Shown here in pieces: positions 27,853-37,088 of a DNA stretch of 64,000 bases; within the stretch, counting starts at the first letter, position 1; each line of letters opens with the position of its first letter. Both the position numbers and the translations under genes were made by a program. Below the pieces are notes generated by a model. That model was given only the letters and a program-made list of their open reading frames with translations, was not told the DNA's origin and searched no databases. The stretch is taken from IMG/VR virus record IMGVR_UViG_3300020429_000529, positions 32,001 to 96,000 of that record; one strand, 5' to 3'. This stretch comes from a virus.

Positions 27853-28741
27853 GCTCTACGTCAAGATTGCGGATACCCCGAGCAAGCAGGCTCATGGTCT
27901 CATGTTCGTCAAGAAGATGGAGAACGATCATGGCATGCTGTTCGAGTTTGACCGCCCGCAGAGGCTTTCATTCTGGGGGCAGAACACGTTCATCCCTCTT
28001 GACATTGCGTTTTGCGATAGCGACGGAGTTATCAGGAAGATATCACACATACCTCCGCTGTCAGAAAAAATCGTTGCGAGCGAGTCTCCCTGCAAGTATG
28101 CGGTCGAAGCTAACTTTGGATACTTTGAAGGCATGAAGATCGAGCCTGGCGACAGGATGGTCATCAACAACAACGGCGATGGTTCATTTCTTACCTTTGA
28201 CAGCAAAAGAAGGAATTACGAAAGAAGCGCAAGTAGTTCCAAGGCAAGGCAGATTCTCGCGCAGCTTATGGGCGATCAGGCCGCATATGGGTTGCCTGAA
28301 GAGGAAGAAATAGTAGAAGACCAGAATTTGCCGACAATTAATGCTGAAGACATTGGGGCCTATCTTGAGGATGACCTTGAGGAGCCTCCGCCGCAAGAGA
28401 TCGAACCTCCCGAACCCGAAATGCCGGCGTCCGAGGAAGTTCAAGATGTTGAACAGCCGCCGCAGCCAGAGGAGATTCCTCAGTTCTCGAACGCTTTTGA
28501 TGCGTCAGAATGGGCAGAGGACAACAATCAGGTTATGAGGATCAACTACACGACGAAGCACGGAACAGGGTTGATCCGAGATGTAGAGCCGCATGGTCAG
28601 TTCCATGCAGATACCACAGGGAGACAGATCCTTGTAACGTTTGATAGGACGATCGGAGATATTCGGGCGTTCATCTTGAAAAACATTACGCAGTTTGCCT
28701 TTACGGGCGAGACATTCGAACCACGGTTCAAGCTGGTCTAA
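27845..28741 (+). CDS. DUF192 domain fused to WYL-like domain
   Basis: IADTPSKQAHGLMF..GMLFEF..FWGQNTFIPLDIAF; C-terminal INYTT..RDVEPH..LVTFD..IRAFILKNI..TGETF. Confidence 0.8.
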   Translation: MDKLYVKIADTPSKQAHGLMFVKKMENDHGMLFEFDRPQRLSFWGQNTFIPLDIAFCDSDGVIRKISHIPPLSEKIVASESPCKYAVEANFGYFEGMKIEPGDRMVINNNGDGSFLTFDSKRRNYERSASSSKARQILAQLMGDQAAYGLPEEEEIVEDQNLPTINAEDIGAYLEDDLEEPPPQEIEPPEPEMPASEEVQDVEQPPQPEEIPQFSNAFDASEWAEDNNQVMRINYTTKHGTGLIRDVEPHGQFHADTTGRQILVTFDRTIGDIRAFILKNITQFAFTGETFEPRFKLV

Positions 28742-28754
28742 GGAGCTTCGGCAT

Positions 28755-29996
28755 ATGGAAAATGTCATTGAACATCTGGTATCGATCGCAGGAGAGTTGG
28801 ACGAGCAAGGGCTCTCTGACTTCGCTGATCGTGTTGATGTAATCGCAGAAGATGTCCTTGACATCAAAACCGCTCAGTATGTCGGTTCTCAAGGATATTG
28901 GATTCGCAACACACGTTGCTGGTCAAACTGCTACCGTCAGAAGAGGGCATCAAACCCAAAGCAGGCCGCTCAAGAGATTTGGGCCGATTGTCACGAAGAG
29001 TATCTGAACTCGATCAACAATCCTGGCACCTCTTGGGATAAGTACGCCGGAAACGATAGCGACAAGCTTATCAAGTCGGCATCTGCTCGTCAGGAGCTTG
29101 ATACAAAGCTCGCCTCATCAATCGACAAGAAGGTTTCGAATGGTTCGGATCTTCGGGTTGCTATTGCAGAGGCTCTTGAGGAAGCAAAGTACGAGCATTT
29201 CAACCGACTCATTTCTGCCAGTAACAAGCTTCTTGATATGGCGGAATCCTCTTCAAACCTTGGTCTGAGCATCAAGCTTGGAAACGCCGCTGCGATGCTC
29301 ACAAGAGAAGCTCAGAGGGCATGGTACAACCCCGCTACTTGGGTTGACAAGGGCATTCGAGGCCTTGGAGACGCAAAGGATTGGGCGGGTCAGAAGGCCA
29401 CTGACATGCGAAATCAGGCCATCGAGCGAGGCGTTTCGGATCGAGAGCAGCGAGCTATTCGTAACCTGGATGACGCTGCTAAGATGCGGAACAAGCTTCA
29501 GGATCGAGGCGTAGCTCAGCCAGCGGCTCCCGCAGGCGCTCAGGGCGTCAACGTTGGTACGCAGCCCGCTGCTCCTGCCGCCGATCCTACGCAGACTGGT
29601 CAACCCGCTGCTCCTGCACAAACTGGTCAGCCAAATGCTCAGCCTGCAGGATCTACAATCTCTGGTCCTGGCGACAATGTAGGCGGAGAACTTTACACGC
29701 CGCCTGGCGGAGGACAGAATGCCCCTGCTCCTTCTTCTCAGGCTACAGAACCCGCTCAGAGCGGAGGCATCGATGACGGTCTTCAGCCCGCAGGAGGCGG
29801 AGCATTCGATGCGACCCAGGTTCAGGGTCATATCGATGAACAAGTAGAAAATCTTGCACGACAGCAAGTTCTGCTGCAGCAGCAGTTGGATGCGTTGTCG
29901 GGTATTATCGGAAAGGATCGAGCAACGAAGGCTATTGCCAAGGCTCGACAGGGACTCCAATCAGCCGAAACGCCCGCTGAGCAATCTGCAGGCTAA
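28755..29996 (+). CDS. Hypothetical head-associated protein
   Basis: AAGGAG RBS; LVSIAGELDEQGLSDFADRVD; KTAQ/KSAS/REAQ motifs; P/A/Q-rich tail. Confidence 0.75.
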   Translation: MENVIEHLVSIAGELDEQGLSDFADRVDVIAEDVLDIKTAQYVGSQGYWIRNTRCWSNCYRQKRASNPKQAAQEIWADCHEEYLNSINNPGTSWDKYAGNDSDKLIKSASARQELDTKLASSIDKKVSNGSDLRVAIAEALEEAKYEHFNRLISASNKLLDMAESSSNLGLSIKLGNAAAMLTREAQRAWYNPATWVDKGIRGLGDAKDWAGQKATDMRNQAIERGVSDREQRAIRNLDDAAKMRNKLQDRGVAQPAAPAGAQGVNVGTQPAAPAADPTQTGQPAAPAQTGQPNAQPAGSTISGPGDNVGGELYTPPGGGQNAPAPSSQATEPAQSGGIDDGLQPAGGGAFDATQVQGHIDEQVENLARQQVLLQQQLDALSGIIGKDRATKAIAKARQGLQSAETPAEQSAG

Positions 29997-30022
29997 AGGC
30001 AAAATAAAGAAGGAGTCGAAGA
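29996..30022 (+). promoter_or_regulatory. Phage promoter motif
   Basis: (TA)AAGG-N15-GTCGAAGA. Confidence 0.65.
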
Positions 30023-30081
30023 GAAAAGTAACAACACAGAGAGTACGGGCAAATCAGTCTCTCGACTAAGGAGCGAATAGA

Positions 30082-30867
30082 ATGAGATTCATCACAAACC
30101 GTATTCCCACCAACAAGTCGGGTAGTTTTTCCGATCTTGTCGAGAAGGTGGCGTCTGCAAACCGTCAGCAAGTCAAGACGGCATCGGCAGACAAGGATGT
30201 CAAGGCTGCTCAGACAACTGAGGCGGCGAATGACGACAACGAACTGCGTACAGACGTTCACCACGGCGAAGGTTCTGCCAACGATCAGAATGGCGAGCCC
30301 GAAGTTGATGGGGAAAACAAGACTGTCGATCCTGCTGGTCTGAAGGCTGCTTCTACTGAGGATGCGGACGAGGAAGCAAAGACGGCGAGCGACTCTGAAG
30401 AAGAGGAGATCACCGAGGCTGCTGCCGATGCCGATGATTCCGAAGAGGAAGAAGTCACCGAGGCAAGCGCCGAGGGCAAGACTAAGGTTGCGGAGTCTGA
30501 AGGCGATTCTGGTCCTGCAAAGGGCGAGGGCGCTGGAGATAGCAGCGAGGATCTTGAGGGCAAGAACGAAGGCCGTTTCCCTGAGCCAGATCGCGAAAGC
30601 GGCGAGTGCTACACGCAGGAAGCGGAAGAGGACGGCAAGGCTGATGTCGAGTCGAGCGTCAAGGCAGAGGTTCGCGAAGCCCTTGCTGCAGCGAAGCTCG
30701 GTAATGTCACGAAGCTTGCTAACTTGAGCGACGAAGGTCGTAAGCTTGCTCAGTCTACCTTTGAGAAGGTTGCCAACCTGAAGCCCAAGCAGAAGGCATG
30801 GCTGAAGAACTACTACCGCATGGTTTGGCCGGAAGAGTATTCCGACTCGCTTGTTCAGGACAAGTAA
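30082..30867 (+). CDS. Acidic hypothetical protein (scaffold/core-like)
   Basis: AAGGAG RBS; D/E-rich; many K-x-A-[S/Q/E/N] motifs. Confidence 0.75.
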   Translation: MRFITNRIPTNKSGSFSDLVEKVASANRQQVKTASADKDVKAAQTTEAANDDNELRTDVHHGEGSANDQNGEPEVDGENKTVDPAGLKAASTEDADEEAKTASDSEEEEITEAAADADDSEEEEVTEASAEGKTKVAESEGDSGPAKGEGAGDSSEDLEGKNEGRFPEPDRESGECYTQEAEEDGKADVESSVKAEVREALAAAKLGNVTKLANLSDEGRKLAQSTFEKVANLKPKQKAWLKNYYRMVWPEEYSDSLVQDK

Positions 30868-30889
30868 TCAACCAACCAAGGAGTTGCCC

Positions 30890-31609
30890 ATGATCGTCCC
30901 GAGCGGACAACGTAGACTGATGAAGCTACAGCAGACGGCTAACGTCATCGATGCTGATAGCGAAGCTACGCAGACAGAGGTCAGCACGGGATCGCCAGCC
31001 GGACCATCTGGACCGGCATTCGATTTTCAGGCGCTTCAAGAGCAGATGCAAGGCGGCGGAGGGCAGCAGCCCGCTGTTCCGAGTCAAGAAGATCTGCAGA
31101 GCGCTATGGATGGGATGCAGCACGGCGAAGCCGCTGATGTTGGCGTAAGCGAAGAGGGCGGAGAAACTGGTCCGGGAGGCGAAAGCATTCGCGACCACAT
31201 CTTTAGTCTTCTTGAGGGTCTCGGAGTTCCTCGCAGAGCGATTATGACGAATCCCGATTCGCTGTTTCAGGCGAAGAAGGATCTCGGAAGTAGCTCGGTA
31301 ACTGGTTTTTACATGTTGCCAAGCTATGTTCAAGATCGTCAGATTAATCAGAAGGAAGCCGAGGGTATTGCTGCCAAGATCGGACAGCAGTTTGGCCTTC
31401 AGCAGTCGATCTCTCACAAGGGCAATAACTTCAAGGTCGATTTCAAGACCATGGACGTAGCTCCAACAGGAAGCGGAAGTTCGTTCGATGAACTGTTGGG
31501 GCAGAAGGGCGGCCAGCAAAAGGCTGCTCAAACGCAATCAGAAATGATCCGAGAAGGACGTTCTCAGTTGGTTGAGACGCTTCTTAGGGTCAGTCGAGGA
31601 GAGAGCTAA
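30890..31609 (+). CDS. Hypothetical head-associated protein
   Basis: AAGGAG RBS before ATG 30890. Confidence 0.75.
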   Translation: MIVPSGQRRLMKLQQTANVIDADSEATQTEVSTGSPAGPSGPAFDFQALQEQMQGGGGQQPAVPSQEDLQSAMDGMQHGEAADVGVSEEGGETGPGGESIRDHIFSLLEGLGVPRRAIMTNPDSLFQAKKDLGSSSVTGFYMLPSYVQDRQINQKEAEGIAAKIGQQFGLQQSISHKGNNFKVDFKTMDVAPTGSGSSFDELLGQKGGQQKAAQTQSEMIREGRSQLVETLLRVSRGES

Positions 31610-32397
31610 TGGGAAGGCTTCAGAAGGTACAGAATCAAACACAGGTCAGCATCTTCGAGGCCTTGCTCAATGAGCATGTCCCCGTGAAGGACCGCCAGCC
31701 CGAGATGAAGAAGGAATCTGCTCGTACCGCGGAGCGTCAGGCGAGAGCCGAGGCGAACCGAGAAGAGTGGGAAGTCCGTTCCGAATCTCCGAAGCTTCGT
31801 CACAGTAATCCCGCCGAGGTTGATCTTGCTCGCAGAGGCAACAGTATTCGCTCCGCCCGCTGCGCGTCTACAGGTATCACCAATGAAAGGGGTTCTGGTC
31901 GTTACGTCGGAAGCAGCAAGAACCAAACGCCCGTTTCGGCTCTTGATGCTGCGATTGAGAAGATGACCAAGCGAGAGGCTACAGCAGAAGAGAAGAGAGC
32001 ATCGTCAGAGCTTCGTTCGATGAGGCAGGCAGAGTATCGCTCCGCTCAGTCTCCCCGTCTCGGAGAGGCTGATGAGTCTACTCTCACCGGCAAGGCGGCA
32101 AACATCACTTCAAATCATGCGCAGCAGTCGAGTCGTTATGCTGCTGGCGCTGGCAAGATCAGCATCTTCGATAACAGCGATTTCGAACGAATCCCTGAGA
32201 AGAAGATGGAGGTTCGCCAGGCGAAGACTGATGACTCATGGAAGCAGCCCAAGAAGGCTTTCTCGTCGAAGGATGCAACAAACAGGTTGGTTGATGGACT
32301 TGGTTCTCAGAACAACAGCGAGCATAAGTCGCTTCACAAGGATGCGACTGATCGTTTGTTCGATGCCATTGTCAACAACCTGAACAATAAGGGGTAA
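31609..32397 (+). CDS. Hypothetical protein
   Basis: TAATG overlap, GAGGAG RBS. Confidence 0.75.
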   Translation: MGRLQKVQNQTQVSIFEALLNEHVPVKDRQPEMKKESARTAERQARAEANREEWEVRSESPKLRHSNPAEVDLARRGNSIRSARCASTGITNERGSGRYVGSSKNQTPVSALDAAIEKMTKREATAEEKRASSELRSMRQAEYRSAQSPRLGEADESTLTGKAANITSNHAQQSSRYAAGAGKISIFDNSDFERIPEKKMEVRQAKTDDSWKQPKKAFSSKDATNRLVDGLGSQNNSEHKSLHKDATDRLFDAIVNNLNNKG

Positions 32398-32402
32398 AGC
32401 TC

Positions 32403-33605
32403 ATGCGCCGACAGGCTCAGAGTTCAAATAACCTCGGACAGATCCAGGATGATCTGATGCAGACTGTCCTGAATGGTTTGGCGTCCGAGATCCCGAACTG
32501 GGATGTTATGCCTCCCGAGCAGAAGTTCCAAATGGCGCAAGAGCGCATGGATCAGCTTGAGGGCATTCAAGAGACCGCTAACCAGGCGGTTGAACATGCG
32601 GGTCAAGAAGCGGAGATGATCGATCAAATGTCACGAGCAGCACAAAGACGAGTGTTTGATTTGTCGAAGGTTGGTCAAGTCCCTGCGGGACCATCTCAGC
32701 TAATCTTCCGCGATGCGTCTCAAGTACGAGACTATCTTGAAGCCGCCGAAAGCATCGACGGCGTTATTTCTGATTTCATGGGTCTCTCTGATGACGCAGA
32801 GGTCATGACCGAAGACGGAGATTCCATGAATCCTCGTCAGGAAATCAACGATGCAGTCAAGACCTTCATGGAAGGTCGAGACGTTCTCAGCGAGCAGGAC
32901 AAGCTTTCTGTTGCGATGAGGATCTATGACGCGCTTCCGCAGGCCGCAAAGTCAGAACAGCAAACTCAGCCGAGTCTTCCTACTCAGGTTTCTGGCGTAG
33001 AGACTGTCGTTGCAGATTCGAACAAGGCAATCAGGCTTGCTGCTATTCGTCTTGCGAAGCAGCGTAAGCAGGCGAGCGGTTCTTTCAACATGAAGAAGCA
33101 CGCTCAGCACAAGGCCTCCGAGAACCTATTCTTCTTTGGACCTGACCAGACTCGTATTGATCCTTTCACCGGCGATCTTGCTTCCAACTACTCTGCATAC
33201 GAGCGCAACAAGGGATTCGGTCTCAAGGTTGATGACGCGCTTGATATCGATTACGAGACGATCTGGCGCGGCACGGTCATGGACAAGTATTTCCGTCCGT
33301 ACCGAGATGGCGACGGCAACTGGGTCGGCGGATACATCGAGAAGCGATTCGAGGTTGACAAGTGGATTCCTGAAGGCAACAACCTTCAGTTGCCCCCTGG
33401 TCAGCGTCGTCGAGCCTATGTCCCTGAATACCGTTCGACAGAGACACGTTTGCAGCATCTTCGTTCGAAGGAAGATGACCGAGGTCGAGTCTTCAACAAC
33501 ACCGAAGCGCCTACCGCTTGGGATACAGAGGGCACCACGGCTAAGCCCTTCAACCTGAAGATGACGACTGCCGCGAGTAAAAAAAAAGTGAGCAGCGAGA
33601 TCTAA
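32403..33605 (+). CDS. Hypothetical head-associated protein (0-frame product of probable frameshift gene)
   Basis: MRRQAQ; FNMKKHAQ; ends ASKKKVSSEI across the A9 run. Confidence 0.8.
   Translation: MRRQAQSSNNLGQIQDDLMQTVLNGLASEIPNWDVMPPEQKFQMAQERMDQLEGIQETANQAVEHAGQEAEMIDQMSRAAQRRVFDLSKVGQVPAGPSQLIFRDASQVRDYLEAAESIDGVISDFMGLSDDAEVMTEDGDSMNPRQEINDAVKTFMEGRDVLSEQDKLSVAMRIYDALPQAAKSEQQTQPSLPTQVSGVETVVADSNKAIRLAAIRLAKQRKQASGSFNMKKHAQHKASENLFFFGPDQTRIDPFTGDLASNYSAYERNKGFGLKVDDALDIDYETIWRGTVMDKYFRPYRDGDGNWVGGYIEKRFEVDKWIPEGNNLQLPPGQRRRAYVPEYRSTETRLQHLRSKEDDRGRVFNNTEAPTAWDTEGTTAKPFNLKMTTAASKKKVSSEI
33579..33587 (+). other. Putative -1 frameshift/slippage site (A9)
   Basis: A AAA AAA heptamer in correct phase; -1 frame opens right after TAA 33578-33580 and runs to 34312. 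Confidence 0.65.
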
Positions 33606-34312
33606 TCGCCAGCCTCCTTCGCGGAATCTCAAAAACAAGTTACGGAACGCCAGCCTCTTATGATTTGTCAAGTCTTGATGGGGACGGCATTGCTATGCGC
33701 CATCAGGATGCGACAAAGGGCAATGCCGGACGACTGCTCAACATTGGCGATCGAGTTGAAGTTGTCGGACAAGGGATGAAGGGCGAGATTATTGGCTTTG
33801 AGGGTCCGATGATTCGGGTTCGAGTCATTGGCATCCCTGGCGGGGCTACATTCAAGCCCGAAGAGCTTGAGAAGGTTGCATTCAGCAACAGCGGCCCAGG
33901 ACGACCGCCCGATAGCATTGACAACCCGAACTCTGGACCCCTTGCTCAAGAGCCATTGAAGGGAGGCTTTACTTGTCCTCAATGCGGCTCGCAACTTGGC
34001 AACAAGGTTCCTATGGCATGTCCAAACTGCGGACGCCCGACAAAGGGCGATGAGGGTTGGAATGCGTTTAGAACACAGCCTGGTCAGATGAATAACAATC
34101 CTGTTTTGAGGCAAGCTCAGTTTTCGGCTGTCAAAGATCCTGTGATGCCGACGAACAACAAGGTTCGCCAAGAGACCAGACCGGATAGTTTCACAAGACG
34201 ACGCAAGATGGTCGATGTAGCAACTGTTTCCGACGAGAACGCCGATAGATTGGATGAAGATCATATCAATGATTGCGCCTCGTCTGCAGATGGACTTGCT
34301 ATCGACGGCTAA
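33581..34312 (+). CDS. -1 frame extension with SH3/KOW-like and double Zn-ribbon motifs
   Basis: Stop-free from 33581; IGDRVEVVG..GEIIG; CPQCG...CPNCG; no clear SD at TTG 33665. Confidence 0.65.
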   Translation, partial: KKSEQRDLIASLLRGISKTSYGTPASYDLSSLDGDGIAMRHQDATKGNAGRLLNIGDRVEVVGQGMKGEIIGFEGPMIRVRVIGIPGGATFKPEELEKVAFSNSGPGRPPDSIDNPNSGPLAQEPLKGGFTCPQCGSQLGNKVPMACPNCGRPTKGDEGWNAFRTQPGQMNNNPVLRQAQFSAVKDPVMPTNNKVRQETRPDSFTRRRKMVDVATVSDENADRLDEDHINDCASSADGLAIDG

Positions 34313-34323
34313 GGAGATGAAGT

Positions 34324-36651
34324 ATGGCAATAGACAAGCCGAACAAGCCAATCAAGATGCAGCTACCGTCGAAGGATGCGATGTCCAAAGTAGCGGTTGC
34401 CAAAGGTCACACGGTTCAGAAGACAGGAACGCCGACGCCCGCTTCTTTGCAGAATGCGAGCGGTAACGTTTTTGCGAACGCCCCTCTTGCTCACGGTACT
34501 GTTGTCAACATGCCGCTTACAAAGGCCGCGCAGTCGATTGGCGGCGGCTTGGGCGTTACGGTTACGCAGCCGATGTTCTTCTCGCCTCTGCATACGCCGC
34601 AGAACTGGCAGATTGCATCGAAGCGTCGAGAAGTCTATCAATGGGCAAGGTTCTACTACGAGAACGAGCCAAAGGTTGCAGCGGGTATTGATTTCTACTC
34701 GCAGTTCCCTATCAACGGCTTCAAGCTTGAGTGCAAAAGAAAGACCGTACTCAAGTTCTTTGAGCGACTTGTAGACAAGCTTGATCTTCTGAAGTGGTTG
34801 CGTCTGATTTCTCACGAGCGATTCTTGCTCGGAGATGTCTTCATCTTTACAGAGATCGATTCTCCTGACAGCAGAGGCGAAACTGGTTTGCCTCCTGATG
34901 AGTGGACGCATGCCGATGGTACGATCAAGCGTATCATTGTCATGAACCCCGACTGGATGGAGGTTTCGACAAACATCCTTGCTGATGATCCTGAGATCGT
35001 CATGCTTCCTGACGAGGAACTCAAGAAGGTCGTCATGCAGAAGCAGCCTCGTCATATCTATGACAGGTTGCCCGATGAGGTCAAGGCTCTCGTAGCCGCT
35101 GGCCGTCCTATCCGTTTGTCCTCGACTGTCACAAGCCACTTGAAGCATGGCGGCGCTCCGTATGGAACGTATGGCGATTCAATTCTTCGCCGTATGTTTA
35201 CGACGCTTGCTTACAAGACCAAGCTGATGACAGCGAACTGGATTGTTGCAGAGCGACTCATTCTTCCTGTTCGAGTTGTCAAGATTGGCGAGAAGGACCG
35301 TCCTGCTTCTGAAGATGATATCGCTGATATCAGCCAGCAGCTTGCGGCGGTTGCTAACGATCCAAACCTCACAATCGTTACGCACCATGCGTTCGATTAT
35401 GAATGGTATGGAGCAACTGGCAAGATCCATAACATCAATGCAGAGCTTGAGTATGTTGGCAAGGAGATCCTTGACGGCCTCATGCTCAACCAGGCTCTTC
35501 TGAATGGCGAGGGAACAAGTTACGCCAGCGGACAGATTGGCGCTGAGGCGCTCATCATGCGTCTTGAGACATGGCGAAGCGAACTCAAGGAATGGGTCGA
35601 GAAGCGAATCTTCTTGCCCATTGCCAAGATGCAGGGGTTTATTGACGAAGAGGAGTCGAAGCTTGCGGGCGAGACTGTCTTCTTGTATCCTCGCATCAAG
35701 TGGGAGGACATGCGGCTGCGGGATAACAGCAACCTGCAGCAGATGTTCATTCAGTTGAATCAGACAGGCAAGATCTCTGATCGCACGCTTCTTGAGCAGT
35801 TCGATCTCAACTACGACCAAGAGGTTGAGAGAATCCGAGAAGAGCAAGTTCAGGCTATGCAGGATGGTCAGCTTATGCCTGGTATGGGAGATCCCATGGC
35901 GGGCGGAGGCGGCGCTCCGATGCCTGGCGGCATGGGAGGCATGGGCGCTCCCGGAGGAGGAGCAGCAGGCGGCCCTCCCGGCGCAGACCCGATGGGCGGA
36001 GGCATGGACCCGATGGGCGATGGTATGGGCGGAGGCGCTCCGATGGCTCCTCCCGGCGCAGCCCCTCCTGGCGGAGGCATGGCAGCCGCAGCGGATGCCG
36101 CATCGCCCGGCAAGGTCTACAAGAAGGGTAAAGCTCCGAAGTCCGAAGGCCCAAGCGAAGAAGAGTTGGCGGCGCAGCAGCCCGTTACGATTCAGCTAAC
36201 TGGACCAGAGGCTAAGCTGTTCCGAGCAATGAGAGACATGAGGTTGCCTCATGCTGTTTACGCTCAGTTCAAACAGTATCGTCCTGGTAATCAGCAGCCG
36301 TATGTTATGGACTTTGCCATTCCTGAGCTTCGACTCGATATCGAGGCAGACGGAGATAAATGGCATACGGAGTTTGATGATAAGCAGAGAGATCAGCGAA
36401 GAGATATGGACCTTGCCCATATGGGATGGTCTGTTCTGAGGTTCTCGGAATCTGCTATCAACGAGAACATCGATCAGGTTGAGCAGATATTGCAGCAGAA
36501 CATCTCTGAACTTGTCAAAGAACACAAAAACCTGAAGAAGTCGGCTTCGGTAGGAGAAGTTGAACTTCAGATAGAAGTAAAGACAAGCGAAAGCCTTAGC
36601 GATGATATCGCAAATGGTTACACAAGCATCTCGGTGGTCAAACCAAAATGA
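34324..36651 (+). CDS. Portal protein with G/M/P-rich linker and C-terminal DUF559 endonuclease domain
   Basis: Position between terminase and protease/MCP; ~500-aa helical core (YGDSILRRMF, ILPVRVVKIG); C-terminal YVMDFAIP..IEADGDKWH..DQRRD..GWSVLRF. Confidence 0.75.
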   Translation: MAIDKPNKPIKMQLPSKDAMSKVAVAKGHTVQKTGTPTPASLQNASGNVFANAPLAHGTVVNMPLTKAAQSIGGGLGVTVTQPMFFSPLHTPQNWQIASKRREVYQWARFYYENEPKVAAGIDFYSQFPINGFKLECKRKTVLKFFERLVDKLDLLKWLRLISHERFLLGDVFIFTEIDSPDSRGETGLPPDEWTHADGTIKRIIVMNPDWMEVSTNILADDPEIVMLPDEELKKVVMQKQPRHIYDRLPDEVKALVAAGRPIRLSSTVTSHLKHGGAPYGTYGDSILRRMFTTLAYKTKLMTANWIVAERLILPVRVVKIGEKDRPASEDDIADISQQLAAVANDPNLTIVTHHAFDYEWYGATGKIHNINAELEYVGKEILDGLMLNQALLNGEGTSYASGQIGAEALIMRLETWRSELKEWVEKRIFLPIAKMQGFIDEEESKLAGETVFLYPRIKWEDMRLRDNSNLQQMFIQLNQTGKISDRTLLEQFDLNYDQEVERIREEQVQAMQDGQLMPGMGDPMAGGGGAPMPGGMGGMGAPGGGAAGGPPGADPMGGGMDPMGDGMGGGAPMAPPGAAPPGGGMAAAADAASPGKVYKKGKAPKSEGPSEEELAAQQPVTIQLTGPEAKLFRAMRDMRLPHAVYAQFKQYRPGNQQPYVMDFAIPELRLDIEADGDKWHTEFDDKQRDQRRDMDLAHMGWSVLRFSESAINENIDQVEQILQQNISELVKEHKNLKKSASVGEVELQIEVKTSESLSDDIANGYTSISVVKPK

Positions 36652-37088
36652 GAGTATTCGACCTCAATAAGTATGCTCGCCACGGCGGACGAACTCCCAT
36701 CAAGGAGCGAGGTATCAAGTGGGAAGAGGCATACGAAGAGAGGTCTGCTCCTCTAAAGAAGAGATTTGACAAGCAGATTGGCCCTGGCGCTTACTACCGC
36801 TGGGAAGGTCATGATGTCACAACGAACTCTGACTACTACGTTGTTGTTGGTCCCTCGATTCAGAAGAATGTAGGCAAGATGTTCTTTGCGGGAGTTAAGA
36901 AGCTTCCGCCTGAAGCAGAGCGCAAAGAGAAGAAGTCGTATTCGCCGTATGGCGAGTATTTTCCGTCTATGAAGGCGGCTCTTGCGTATGCGAATGATAA
37001 GTGGGGAACGCCAGTGCCAAAGGGCGCTCCTGAATACAAGAAAGACCAGTTGGCACACGTTGATATCCCGGAGCATGTCAAGGCATGA
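36648..37088 (+). CDS. Hypothetical protein
   Basis: ATGA overlap; MRVFDLNKYA tag. Confidence 0.75.
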   Translation: MRVFDLNKYARHGGRTPIKERGIKWEEAYEERSAPLKKRFDKQIGPGAYYRWEGHDVTTNSDYYVVVGPSIQKNVGKMFFAGVKKLPPEAERKEKKSYSPYGEYFPSMKAALAYANDKWGTPVPKGAPEYKKDQLAHVDIPEHVKA

